Positions 1 through 9,430 of a stretch of DNA of 64,000 bases are shown in pieces. Both the position numbers and the translations under genes were made by a program. Origin of the DNA: Candidatus Microgenomates bacterium (GTDB taxonomy: Bacteria > Patescibacteriota > Microgenomatia > UBA8517 > JACQJR01); NCBI GenBank assembly GCA_016204995.1, contig JACQJR010000001.1, forward strand, positions 241,132-305,131, written 5' to 3'. Numbering within the stretch: position 1 is the first letter of the stretch; each line of letters begins with the position of its first letter. The notes beneath the pieces are model-generated. The model did not search any database, was not told where the DNA came from, and saw only the letters and a program-made list of their open reading frames with translations.

Positions 1-23
1 GTATTTTTTAAAAAATCTACTCA

Positions 24-1733
24 TTAAATTTTTTCTAAAATATCAAACGCTGGTTTACCATCCAGAAAATTTATTGTTTTAATTAAATGAAAGTCAGGAG
101 GATAATTAGACGGACTAGTTATTAAAATAGTTCTGCCACTTGTTGGTACTTCCCCTCCACTTTCCATCTTCCACTTTCCATCTTCTCCGCTAGGTATTTG
201 CCAATCATTTACAAAATAAAACTTATCAAAGCGATCTATCCAAAACCAATTAGACTGACCAAAACGAATTAAGTTGGGATCATTTATATAGTTGGCTGGA
301 TCCCAAGGCCAGTAAAATAAAATAAATTCATGTGGCTCGCCATATTTTTTAGTCATAATAATTTGATCATAACTATTATAATTATCTTTGATAAATCTAA
401 CGGCTTCCTTATATCCATATTGCCAAGACCAAGAATATTCTACCCGATATTTACCAGCATAGGTAGTAATGTAATTCTCAAAAAAAGCGGCTAATAAAAC
501 AATATAAAACACTATAGCAATTAATTGAAAATTCTTCTTGGTGATCCACTTCCACATGATTACCAAACCAATAGCTGCAAGAAGTTGCGGCATCGGCTGC
601 ATCACAATACTACGCAAAGCGTGCGGAGCTTCACGAGTAACGCTAGCGGCAATCGGACTGAAGAAAAGCCAAGATAAAATTAGCAAACTTTCTTTATTTT
701 TATTTTTAACTAACCAGATTAAGCCAATAATTATAAAAGCCAACTCTGTAGGATAAATTAAACCCTTACCTGGTATATTAAATTGATATTGGCTGCCACC
801 GTTAAAAAATAAAAATGAAGGTGAGAAATAGGAGAAATAATTTTGTATAAATTTTTCTCCCACAAAAGTAACCTTATTATGCAATAGCAAAGGCAAGGGT
901 GATGGTAATTTAGAGGTATTTCTTTCTTTATTAATTTGAGAGATCGCCCCCTCATCTAAAATTCCCACCCAGCCATAGCGGGCCAAGCCCACCGGATTTA
1001 GAAGCTGCCAAAACATAGGAAGGAAGAGGAGGGCAATAGGCAATAGGCAATAGGCAATAGTTTTCCTTTGCTTTTCCCACATCTCTTGAAAATAGTTTCT
1101 ATAAATAATTAATAAACTAATCATTAAAAGGGGTACGAAAATTCTGACAGAATTATAAGTCCAAACTGATAAACCAAAAAAGGTTATACCTATGAATAGA
1201 CGCCACCTATTACTCAATCCACTAACAAAAAAATAACTACCAGCTATAGTCAGAAATAGAGCTAAATTTGCTTCCACCGCAACACGGGATAAAAATAAAT
1301 CCCAAGGCTCAATCGCGACAAAAAAGGCAGATAAAATACTAATTTCTTGTTTCTTTAATAAGGTTTGTACAAGTAAATAAGTAAAGATTATTGTACCCAA
1401 ACCAGCCAAAACCGAAACTACTCTGACTGAAAATTCATTTAAACCAAAGATGGCAATAAAAGGAACAAGGCTATAAATATAAACCGGCAATTTATAGTCT
1501 CCATAGGCGCGAAAAATAGTAGGTAAAGTTACTCCCCACTCATCTTGACCTGTTTTTAAAATGGAATAAGCATTAACCCCGTGAGAAATTTCATCCCAAT
1601 TAAGAGCAGGAGGCAACTGTGTGACATTATAAAAACGCAGCAAAGCGGCTAAAATAATAATTAAAACTAAAAATTTATTTTTAATGAAGAAATCAATAAT
1701 CCTCTGCATATTTTTCCTTGCTGGGATCAACAA
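24..1733 (-). CDS. GT-C fold membrane glycosyltransferase, GT39/PMT_2 (ArnT/PMT-like) family
   Basis: 569-aa polytopic ORF; N-terminal loop 'NWDEISHGVNAYSILKTGQDEWGV' (DE-loop typical of COG1807/PMT_2); paralogous to 1693..3369, 6188..7996, 58817..60472; carries in-frame (GGCAATA)x4 at 1032-1060; internal Met at 1709 may be true start. Confidence 0.65.
   Translation of the reverse strand: MLIPARKNMQRIIDFFIKNKFLVLIIILAALLRFYNVTQLPPALNWDEISHGVNAYSILKTGQDEWGVTLPTIFRAYGDYKLPVYIYSLVPFIAIFGLNEFSVRVVSVLAGLGTIIFTYLLVQTLLKKQEISILSAFFVAIEPWDLFLSRVAVEANLALFLTIAGSYFFVSGLSNRWRLFIGITFFGLSVWTYNSVRIFVPLLMISLLIIYRNYFQEMWEKQRKTIAYCLLPIALLFLPMFWQLLNPVGLARYGWVGILDEGAISQINKERNTSKLPSPLPLLLHNKVTFVGEKFIQNYFSYFSPSFLFFNGGSQYQFNIPGKGLIYPTELAFIIIGLIWLVKNKNKESLLILSWLFFSPIAASVTREAPHALRSIVMQPMPQLLAAIGLVIMWKWITKKNFQLIAIVFYIVLLAAFFENYITTYAGKYRVEYSWSWQYGYKEAVRFIKDNYNSYDQIIMTKKYGEPHEFILFYWPWDPANYINDPNLIRFGQSNWFWIDRFDKFYFVNDWQIPSGEDGKWKMESGGEVPTSGRTILITSPSNYPPDFHLIKTINFLDGKPAFDILEKI
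1032..1060. repeat. (GGCAATA)x4 heptanucleotide tandem repeat, in-frame in CDS
   Basis: four perfect 7-bp units within 24..1733. Confidence 0.7.
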
Positions 1734-3369
1734 TTAAAACAGCAGGCTTACCATCAGGATAAATAACAGTATGCAGGGTAGCTATTTTTTCAGGAAATTC
1801 GCCTTTTTGCCCCACTAATAAAACTCCTGATAAATTCTGATCTTCTTGGTAATTAATACTACGAAATATATATTTACCAAGATGATATTCGCCTAATTGG
1901 TCTAAAAATGAACGGCCTTCTTTCTCATAACGCAGCCAGTCTGGGGATTGCTTTTGATAATCTCCCGCGTCCCACTGGTTGTAAAACGCCACATAAATAT
2001 GTGGTTCTGATAAAGACCTACTGATAATTACTTGCTTATAATCTCCCTCTATTTTTTTTACTAAATCCATCGCTTCTTTTCTGCCATACAGCATTGAGGA
2101 CGCTCCATGGATTGGCGCGTGATAAAAATAAGATTCCAAGAAAAATAAAATCCCTACCAGCCCAATAGCCCAATAGCCCAATAGCCAAAAGCGCCAGAAA
2201 GTCAACTTATTGTTTTGTCTCCACCAATTAAATAACGTAACAGCGCCAAACGCTGAAAAAATTTGTATGGCCGGCATCATAGTAGCTGCTCGGTTGGCAG
2301 CAAATCCCGGACCTTTGGTCAAGGCCGCTGGGATAGGAGCAAGCAAAACCCAAATTACGATTAATAGTATAGTTAAATCACGTTTTTTAATTACAGCCCA
2401 AATAGCAACTAAGATGAAGGGCAATTCAAATAAATAAAGTGCCCCCATTCCCGGAATCATTCCATAAGTCCACTCACCAGCCCCTTGTGTGAATAAAAAG
2501 ATGGGGGATAAGTAGGAAAAATAATTTTTAATAAATTCACTAGTAATGTAAACTAATTTATTAGAAAAAATTCGTGCTGTTATATCTGGTAAGCCTTGTT
2601 GTACTGCTTCATATCTGCGATCTGCCACCGCCCCCCATCCACCCGTAGGATTAAAAATAGCAATATCACCAGCCCGACTAGTACTACCTCCAAAAATAGA
2701 TAAAAATGATATGCTTAAAAAGAGTAAAAAGATCCCTACCGCTATTTTTACTGATAATGTCTTCTTAATTTCTTGCCGTTTCCACCACAATAACATTAAT
2801 ACAATTAATGGCGTTAACAATTTAGCTGAATGGTAGGAAAAAAGATTAAGGCCGAAAATTACCGCCGCCACCATCAGAAATTGTGGCTTTTTGATACCTT
2901 TTAAGGAGAGCCAAATACCCAAAGGTAATAAAAGTGTCGTTAAATTTGCCTCAAAAGCACCTCTGGATAAAGACATATGCCAAGGAGAAACGGCTAGCAA
3001 TAGTGCCGACAGAAGTGCCATTTTTTGCTCTTTAAATAATTCTTTTACTAATAAAAAGACTATTAATACCCCTAAAATACCTAAGATCGCATTAGGCAAC
3101 CTGACGGCAAATTCGTTTAAGCCAAAAATAGCAACAGTCGGTATGGCTAAATAGGTATAAAGCGGAGCTTTAAAATCCCCGAAAGAACGAAAAGTTAGAG
3201 GTAAGGTTTGACCCCACTGATCTTTGCCGGTTTTTAAAATAGAGTAAGCGTCGTAACCAAAAGAGGCTTCGTCAGGCGTAAAACCATTTGGATAGCTGTC
3301 AATTCGCCACAACCTCAAAAGGCTTGCTAGAACTATAATGGCCAACAAAATCCAACGTGTCTTACCCAC
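1693..3369 (-). CDS. GT-C fold membrane glycosyltransferase, GT39/PMT_2 family
   Basis: 558-aa ORF; 'FTPDEASFGYDAYSILKTGKDQWG' loop, many TM helices; carries in-frame (CCCAATAG)x3 at 2161-2186. Confidence 0.7.
   Translation of the reverse strand: MGKTRWILLAIIVLASLLRLWRIDSYPNGFTPDEASFGYDAYSILKTGKDQWGQTLPLTFRSFGDFKAPLYTYLAIPTVAIFGLNEFAVRLPNAILGILGVLIVFLLVKELFKEQKMALLSALLLAVSPWHMSLSRGAFEANLTTLLLPLGIWLSLKGIKKPQFLMVAAVIFGLNLFSYHSAKLLTPLIVLMLLWWKRQEIKKTLSVKIAVGIFLLFLSISFLSIFGGSTSRAGDIAIFNPTGGWGAVADRRYEAVQQGLPDITARIFSNKLVYITSEFIKNYFSYLSPIFLFTQGAGEWTYGMIPGMGALYLFELPFILVAIWAVIKKRDLTILLIVIWVLLAPIPAALTKGPGFAANRAATMMPAIQIFSAFGAVTLFNWWRQNNKLTFWRFWLLGYWAIGLVGILFFLESYFYHAPIHGASSMLYGRKEAMDLVKKIEGDYKQVIISRSLSEPHIYVAFYNQWDAGDYQKQSPDWLRYEKEGRSFLDQLGEYHLGKYIFRSINYQEDQNLSGVLLVGQKGEFPEKIATLHTVIYPDGKPAVLIVDPSKEKYAEDY
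2161..2186. repeat. (CCCAATAG)x3 octanucleotide tandem repeat, in-frame in CDS
   Basis: three perfect 8-bp units within 1693..3369 encoding 'WLLGYWAIGL'. Confidence 0.7.
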
Positions 3370-3386
3370 TATTAAATTGTAGCATG

Positions 3387-4934
3387 TTAATTGCGGTATA
3401 AGTAGAATCTAGAGGTGCCGTCAGGCTCAATAATATCAGCTACTTTTGTAAAAGGGCCAATTTGAGTTTTTTGGCCATCCACATCGTTAAAATGGTAAAG
3501 AATTAAGGTATTTGCTGGCAAACTTTCTAAATTAATATCGGCCGGTTCAAAATAGTAAGTTTGAACCATTAATTGAGTTTGATTATTTTTGATTGTATAG
3601 AAACGCCAATACCGATCAATAAATTCTATCCTGTTATCTAGATAAATAGCTGTAGCTCGTTTTTTTTGATTTTCGACTATCACCCGCTCCAAAGCACCCG
3701 GGATATTATATTTAAACCATTCATAGGATCTAATCCTATAATCCTTCATATAGTCATACCAAAAATAAGCAAATTGTATGAGTATGAGTATAAGTAATAG
3801 ATGGCAGCCAGCACGCAATAAGTAAGATTTATGGGAAATAAGAAATTTAATACCATAGGTGGCTAGAATTATGGCAAAAGGCAGCATTACTAAGGCCCGC
3901 GAAATACGGTAATGGTCTCCTACTAAAGCCGCCGCAATCGGAGAAGTAAAAACCCCTACAATTAATAATAAATTTATCCTTGTTCTCTCTTTAAATGCCT
4001 GATAAATACCTAAGGGTAAAAATATAACCACTGGCCAAAGAAAAACTCCACTTTTAGCAGTTGAATGAATTAAACTGACATCGCCCCTGGTAAAAAGAAA
4101 ATAGGGATCAAAATAAGCTATGAAAATAGCTATTTTATGGATAATATTTTCAGGGGACAGCAGTGAAATTACACCACTAAGGGGATTTAAGTTAGTATCA
4201 TAAAGGCGAGTATAGCGAACTTGATCTATTAAAGTATCGGGGTATTGAACAAGCCAGGGGATGATGGGTAATATAGGCAAAATAAATCCTACTATTAAAA
4301 TAAGAACTAGTTTTTTCTGTTTTTTAATTTGGGGTAAAAGAAAAATAAATGTCATTAATAAATATATAGGCATCATCACTTTTGCAGCATGGTAACTATG
4401 AATACCAATTCCTAAAACCAGACCAGCTAAAAATAACAACCATATTTTTTTCTTATCTAAATAATAAGCCATTAAAAATAGCCAGCCCAACACAAAAGGC
4501 ACAATATATAAATTATCTAGCAAAAGCCGACTTTGGATAAAATGAACCGGCGTTAAGGCCAGTAAAATAGCCGCTATCATCCCCCATTTCTCGCTGCTAA
4601 ATAGCTTTTTGGTTAAAAAATAAATCAATATCACATCTATTATTCCTACCATTACACTGGGTAAACGAATAGTTATTTCTGAAATCGGCATAAACAGCAA
4701 AAATAAAGATGCTAGATAAACTATTATTGGAGTGGCCCACATTACTCCCAAATGCCAAAAATAAAAAGGTAAAAGTCTGCCGTTTTCATCAAAGCCAGTT
4801 TTGGCAACAGAATAAGCGTTTAAGGAGAATCCTAACTCATCTTGGTTTAAATGGACTGGAGTTCTGGCAAGCAAACTACCATACAACAAAGATGACGCTA
4901 GAACCAGAAAAACCAGTATGATGATTTTCTTCAT
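3387..4934 (-). CDS. GT-C fold membrane glycosyltransferase (PMT_2/ArnT-like)
   Basis: 515-aa polytopic ORF; 'NQDELGFSLNAYSVAKTGFDENG' loop analogous to neighbours. Confidence 0.6.
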   Translation of the reverse strand: MKKIIILVFLVLASSLLYGSLLARTPVHLNQDELGFSLNAYSVAKTGFDENGRLLPFYFWHLGVMWATPIIVYLASLFLLFMPISEITIRLPSVMVGIIDVILIYFLTKKLFSSEKWGMIAAILLALTPVHFIQSRLLLDNLYIVPFVLGWLFLMAYYLDKKKIWLLFLAGLVLGIGIHSYHAAKVMMPIYLLMTFIFLLPQIKKQKKLVLILIVGFILPILPIIPWLVQYPDTLIDQVRYTRLYDTNLNPLSGVISLLSPENIIHKIAIFIAYFDPYFLFTRGDVSLIHSTAKSGVFLWPVVIFLPLGIYQAFKERTRINLLLIVGVFTSPIAAALVGDHYRISRALVMLPFAIILATYGIKFLISHKSYLLRAGCHLLLILILIQFAYFWYDYMKDYRIRSYEWFKYNIPGALERVIVENQKKRATAIYLDNRIEFIDRYWRFYTIKNNQTQLMVQTYYFEPADINLESLPANTLILYHFNDVDGQKTQIGPFTKVADIIEPDGTSRFYLYRN

Positions 4935-6184
4935 TTCTTAACAGTTTTTGAGGTTTTAAAGAAGTACCAATAAAGCCATAGAAAGATGGCTGTGGTAATT
5001 AAACCCAATATTCTTGGCAGTAAACGATCTCCAGCCGACATTAAATTAACTAACCACTCAACGCGCGGATACCACCAGAAATTATAAAGATTAAGTAAAT
5101 GAATAATAGAAATTCCAACAAGTAACGGTAATAATTTTCTGTTCCAGGCTACTAAAATTGTAAATAGAGGAAATAAGGGATAAAGATAGCGCTCATGCAT
5201 GCCAGTTAGGAAAGTAAAGGCGGCAAAAGCTATTAAAGTTGCTACCCAAAAAATATTTTTACTATCATGGTTTTTATAAACTTTATAAAGTAGAGGAACA
5301 GCTGCCAGGCCGAACAAAATCAAACCCCAATTATGATATGTTAGTGGTCCTAAAAATAATGTATCGGGCCGCTCATGAATTCCCGCAAGCGTCGCCCATA
5401 AATTAAAAGCGTTAGCGGTAATAATATGTAATTGCCATTCAAAAACCTTTGTTTGATAAAGATTAACTAACCAGGAAAATGGTTCTCCCTTGGAGAAAGG
5501 TAGAGTTAGACCGCCAACAATTAATGCTGCCAGCAGAATTGATTTTAACCAATCCTTTATTTGATATTTCTGCTTAATTGCCACCATGGCCAGAATTGGT
5601 ACCATAATAACTAGTGAAACTTTGATAAATAAAGAAGTAAAGATGGCAATCATGCTCCATTTTAACTTTCTCTCAAGTAGTAGCATTATTGATAATAAAG
5701 AAAAAAAGTTGACGGTAGCATCTGTCTGTCCCCAAATCGCCGAGTTATACCAAGTCACTGGATTAAACAGAAATAATGAGGCTCCCCATAAACCTAACTT
5801 TCCTTTTAAGAATTTAAATATTAAATAAGCCATGCCTAAATCAGCCAAAATAGCCGGCAATTTAAGAAGGGCTTGGTAAAGCCGCTCTTCAAAAAACAAC
5901 ATAATGGCAGAGGGAAAAACAGGCAGATTAACATTAACCCACCAGAAGAAATTAAAAATTAGCTCAAACAACTTTCTAACAAGAGCAAAAATAATAATTG
6001 TCCCGGGGGGTTGATTAGGCCAGGAAAAACTCCAGACATTTTGGGAGTAAAACTTCTCCGGCCCGTATTGCCAAAATCTAATCCCCCAATCTACATGGTT
6101 ATTTAAATCCGGATGCCAGACAATAAAAGCAAAAACTACTCTTAATAGAAAAGCTATTAATAATACCTTCCAAAGATGTTGCAT
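4931..6184 (-). CDS. polytopic membrane protein, DUF2029/GT87-like putative mannosyltransferase
   Basis: 417-aa ORF, N-terminal 'HPDLNNHVDWGIRFW', hydrophobic throughout; paralogue of 31048..32298 ('HPDLLGHSF'). Confidence 0.45.
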   Translation of the reverse strand: MQHLWKVLLIAFLLRVVFAFIVWHPDLNNHVDWGIRFWQYGPEKFYSQNVWSFSWPNQPPGTIIIFALVRKLFELIFNFFWWVNVNLPVFPSAIMLFFEERLYQALLKLPAILADLGMAYLIFKFLKGKLGLWGASLFLFNPVTWYNSAIWGQTDATVNFFSLLSIMLLLERKLKWSMIAIFTSLFIKVSLVIMVPILAMVAIKQKYQIKDWLKSILLAALIVGGLTLPFSKGEPFSWLVNLYQTKVFEWQLHIITANAFNLWATLAGIHERPDTLFLGPLTYHNWGLILFGLAAVPLLYKVYKNHDSKNIFWVATLIAFAAFTFLTGMHERYLYPLFPLFTILVAWNRKLLPLLVGISIIHLLNLYNFWWYPRVEWLVNLMSAGDRLLPRILGLITTAIFLWLYWYFFKTSKTVKK

Positions 6185-6187
6185 AAT

Positions 6188-7996
6188 TTATTTTTGAGAA
6201 TTAAGGGTCAACAGGTAAAATGCTGGCTCGCCGGAAGGATAAGCAATGGCCCGGATAAGTTTAAGATTTTTCGGCAGTGTCCCCGGCTCTTGAATAATAT
6301 TGACATTAAATTCCTTAGCATTGGCTAGATAAAGGGTTTTCTCATCTAAAAATTCGGATAAGGAGTAAATTCCGCTTTTAAGAGGGGGGGAGGCAAAATA
6401 GAATTTATCCAGATGAGAAACTAATCCATAACCCGGTAAATCGGTTTTGGGGAAAGGAAAATTTTCCTGCCATTTTTGTGGAGGGTACTGGTAGGCACCA
6501 GCAAAGAAAATCCACGGAGGCTCACCTGCAGTTGAAATAATAATTTTGTCAAAATTATTTTCCTCCGCTTTAATTGTTTTAACAGCCTCTTGCCAGCCAA
6601 AATGCCACCATCTCTCACTTTCCCACGGATAGTGCACCCAAAAACTGTGTTGGTAAAGTATAAATGTTAAAACATATACTCCACCTATAGCCAAGGCTAC
6701 AGTTTTTTTCCACCTAGCAGATACATTAAGCCAAATCCCATAAACACCAAAGGCAATTAAAAATATTAAAGTAGGTAGCAGGAAAAATAGGCGGGTGGCA
6801 TGCATTCCACCATCACGAGTTAGAACAGCTGGAATAGGGGCTGCTAATATCCAAAATACAATTAAGGTTTTCATCTTGCCATTAACAGGAGAAACTATAA
6901 AGAAGGCGAGACCTGCCAGCAGGAAAATTAAATCAATCCTATAAAGCTGACCCATTTCGTTTAAGGAATGCCTTAAATTTAAATCTCCCTGAATAAAAAG
7001 AAATTGAGTGGAAAAAACTTGCAAATAGTTACGGACAAACATATTCCACCAGTAAAGCAATTTATTATGAAATACCCTATCAACTAAACTAGGTTGAGCG
7101 CCAAACTTAACATCGGGGTCAGCCACTTTAGCATCACGTAACCTATCCCAGCCAATTTGAGGCACTACAGTCGGATCAGTAAAAATAGACAAATAAGAGA
7201 AGCGGGCAGTACCACCGCCAAAGACCGTGCTATAAGCAATAGGACTACCCACTAAGAATAAAGCAACCACTGACCACAGTAGCCATTTTTTCCCTGCTTT
7301 AAATATTTCCTTCCGGTAAATCAATACCAACGCCGTCAGAAACAAAGGCATAAAGAGCTTAGCCGTACTATAAACCCACGGAGTTAGAGCAAAACATGCA
7401 GCAGACCACGGCAGCCATTTTCCATTTTTCAGTCCACGTAAGAAAAACCAAAGGCCGGCTAGAAAAAATGTCAACATTTGTGTCACTTCAAACCCCGCCC
7501 GGGAGTATTGAATATGCCAAGGAGAAATGGCTAGGAAAAGGGCGGCAAGGATTGGCAAAGACGGGTGGCGGGGGCGGAGGGAGTCCCGACGAGTGCCCGC
7601 AGCGTTCAGCGAGGACATCGGGCGGGACGAGCCCCCGGCAGGACCCGTCGTCCCCTTTAATAATTCCGATATTAATGAATAAAAAATCCAAACTCCTAAA
7701 ATTCCAAAAATGGCGGCTGGAAGTCTTACCCCCAAAGGAGAAATGCCAAAAAGAGCCACCGTTGGTACGGCACTATATAAATAAAGGGGAGTTCTCCATT
7801 CGGCAAGGGACTGAAAATGGAGTGGCATAAAGTTACCAGAATAATCACGACCTGTTTTCAAAATTGAATATGCTTGATAGCCGAGATCCAACTCATCTCC
7901 AAACAAGGAAACCGGTACCTGATCCAGCCGCCATAATCTTAAAAATGAAGCAATTAACAAAATTCCAACGAGCAATAATGGTATCTTCTTTAGCAT
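6188..7996 (-). CDS. GT-C fold membrane glycosyltransferase, GT39/PMT_2 family, carrying in-frame GC-rich element
   Basis: 602-aa ORF; 'FGDELDLGYQAYSILKTGRDYSG' loop; cytoplasmic loop interrupted by ~34-aa 'GTTGPAGGSSRPMSSLNAAGTRRDSLRPRHPSLP' absent from paralogue 1693..3369. Confidence 0.7.
   Translation of the reverse strand: MLKKIPLLLVGILLIASFLRLWRLDQVPVSLFGDELDLGYQAYSILKTGRDYSGNFMPLHFQSLAEWRTPLYLYSAVPTVALFGISPLGVRLPAAIFGILGVWIFYSLISELLKGTTGPAGGSSRPMSSLNAAGTRRDSLRPRHPSLPILAALFLAISPWHIQYSRAGFEVTQMLTFFLAGLWFFLRGLKNGKWLPWSAACFALTPWVYSTAKLFMPLFLTALVLIYRKEIFKAGKKWLLWSVVALFLVGSPIAYSTVFGGGTARFSYLSIFTDPTVVPQIGWDRLRDAKVADPDVKFGAQPSLVDRVFHNKLLYWWNMFVRNYLQVFSTQFLFIQGDLNLRHSLNEMGQLYRIDLIFLLAGLAFFIVSPVNGKMKTLIVFWILAAPIPAVLTRDGGMHATRLFFLLPTLIFLIAFGVYGIWLNVSARWKKTVALAIGGVYVLTFILYQHSFWVHYPWESERWWHFGWQEAVKTIKAEENNFDKIIISTAGEPPWIFFAGAYQYPPQKWQENFPFPKTDLPGYGLVSHLDKFYFASPPLKSGIYSLSEFLDEKTLYLANAKEFNVNIIQEPGTLPKNLKLIRAIAYPSGEPAFYLLTLNSQK
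7558..7652. repeat. GC-rich palindromic element, copy A (in-frame within GT39 gene)
   Basis: GACGGGT at 7560-7566 and ACCCGTC at 7643-7649 (reverse complements); internal hairpins (GGGACGA..TCGTCCC); GC-rich in AT-rich CDS; shares GACGGGTG...GCGG.GGGAG.CCC.ACG...GGCAGGACCCGTCG with copy B. Confidence 0.6.
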
Positions 7997-8026
7997 TCTT
8001 TTAATTCTAGCATTATTATTATTTAT

Positions 8027-9430
8027 TTAATCCGGCAAAATTAAACCAATATTACCAGAACTGACATCAATACTATCTGGAGACAAATATTTTGGTATCA
8101 CAATGGTATAAACAGGCGGCTTAACCTCTCTGGTCTGTGGCATTTTCTCATAATACTTAAAAAGATAATTAAATCCGAAAGTCCAACCAGGTAAGGGAAT
8201 ATAAGAAACGTAAAATTCCTGTTCGTTGTCTTGCCTTTTGATTATTTCTTTGACGATATCATCTTTGTGGACCAACGTTACTAGCGAAGGATTAAGCCAT
8301 CTTTCTCTTAATTGGCCGAAGTTAAAAATAGTTATATTAACTAAAATTAAGATTAATACGAGTTTTGATAATTTTGTCTTCTTAGCTAATAAACTTAAGG
8401 TTCCAGCCAAATAAAGAAGAGTCAAAGTAGTTAAACCCAAGAAATAATATTCCGACACGTGGGTTGGTAGTATAGTGTAATAAACTATAAAAATTACCCA
8501 AGTAGCCGCCAGCATAATTTTATGAAAACTATCTTTCCAAAATCCAACCTTATTACGAATTAATAAAAAGATTATTATCAAGAATAAAATAATAAATATT
8601 TGTGATGATAGAAATTGAATATTTAAAATCCTATTAGCTTCTAATAAATTAAATTCTGCATAATGCATCAAACGATTTACATCCAGCGATCCTCCACTAG
8701 ATCCAGAAAAGAAGGAAAACAATTTTTTAACCTCCCAGAAACTATGTAAATATTCAAAAATTATTAGTGGCAAAACAGGGATAAGGAAACAAGCTAAACT
8801 CAATATTATAGTTTTAAGCTTGGGCACAAGTTTCTTAAAAATTAATAAAAATATAAATACCAGATAGAAGGGAAATAAAATGGGATGGATGCTTGTATAC
8901 AAGCCAAAAGATAATCCCAGAAGAGGTAAAAATTTTGTCTGGCCTTGCCAATATTTATAAAAGCAATACCAAGTAATTAATACTAAAAGTTCACTGCTGT
9001 AAGAAGGTACCATGGTCCAATCATGATCTATTTCTATAAATAAAATCGCTCTTAAAAAAGCTGCTATCAAACCAGCAGTTTTGCCAAAAAGGCTGCTTGC
9101 CACCCAGAAAAAAGCGACAATTATGATTAGACCTAAAATAACTGAAGCGACAAATCCACCAATGGGATGAAGATTTGTGATGGCAAAAAATGGAACTAAA
9201 TAATAGAAATATAAGGGACCCATAAATAAACCTTCCACCGATAATCCTTGACCAATAAGTTGGATGGGGAATTCGCGCAACACGGCATAGGCGAAATTAG
9301 AGGTATACTCTTGATCAAAATCAAAATTTGCCATTTCGGGAAGTCTATAAAATCTGAAGAAGGCGGCCAGGAGTAAAATACCTATTAAGGTTAAAGTTGT
9401 AGTGTTTTTCAGCTGAAAGATTTTTGCCAT
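8027..9430 (-). CDS. GT-C fold membrane glycosyltransferase ('FDQ...GP.YYY' family)
   Basis: 467-aa polytopic ORF; 'FDFDQEYTS...LIGQGLSVEGLFMGPLYFYYLVPF' matches the motif shared with 11713..13242, 35991..37511, 39783..41978 C-term, 62821.. Confidence 0.5.
   Translation of the reverse strand: MAKIFQLKNTTTLTLIGILLLAAFFRFYRLPEMANFDFDQEYTSNFAYAVLREFPIQLIGQGLSVEGLFMGPLYFYYLVPFFAITNLHPIGGFVASVILGLIIIVAFFWVASSLFGKTAGLIAAFLRAILFIEIDHDWTMVPSYSSELLVLITWYCFYKYWQGQTKFLPLLGLSFGLYTSIHPILFPFYLVFIFLLIFKKLVPKLKTIILSLACFLIPVLPLIIFEYLHSFWEVKKLFSFFSGSSGGSLDVNRLMHYAEFNLLEANRILNIQFLSSQIFIILFLIIIFLLIRNKVGFWKDSFHKIMLAATWVIFIVYYTILPTHVSEYYFLGLTTLTLLYLAGTLSLLAKKTKLSKLVLILILVNITIFNFGQLRERWLNPSLVTLVHKDDIVKEIIKRQDNEQEFYVSYIPLPGWTFGFNYLFKYYEKMPQTREVKPPVYTIVIPKYLSPDSIDVSSGNIGLILPD

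Noticed and set aside
538-6000. Numerous 60-90-aa ORFs antisense to the large membrane-protein genes (e.g. 538..756, 2210..2437, 2891..3154, 4709..4921, 5586..5828)
   Set aside because: They are fully nested inside longer ORFs with clear family signatures, have no translation signals, and are typical AT-rich antisense noise.
7396-7830. 144-aa plus-strand ORF (and 7488..7691 minus ORF) spanning the GC-rich element
   Set aside because: Long open frames here are an artefact of GC-rich DNA lacking stop codons; they lie wholly inside, and antisense or out-of-frame to, a well-supported GT39 gene.
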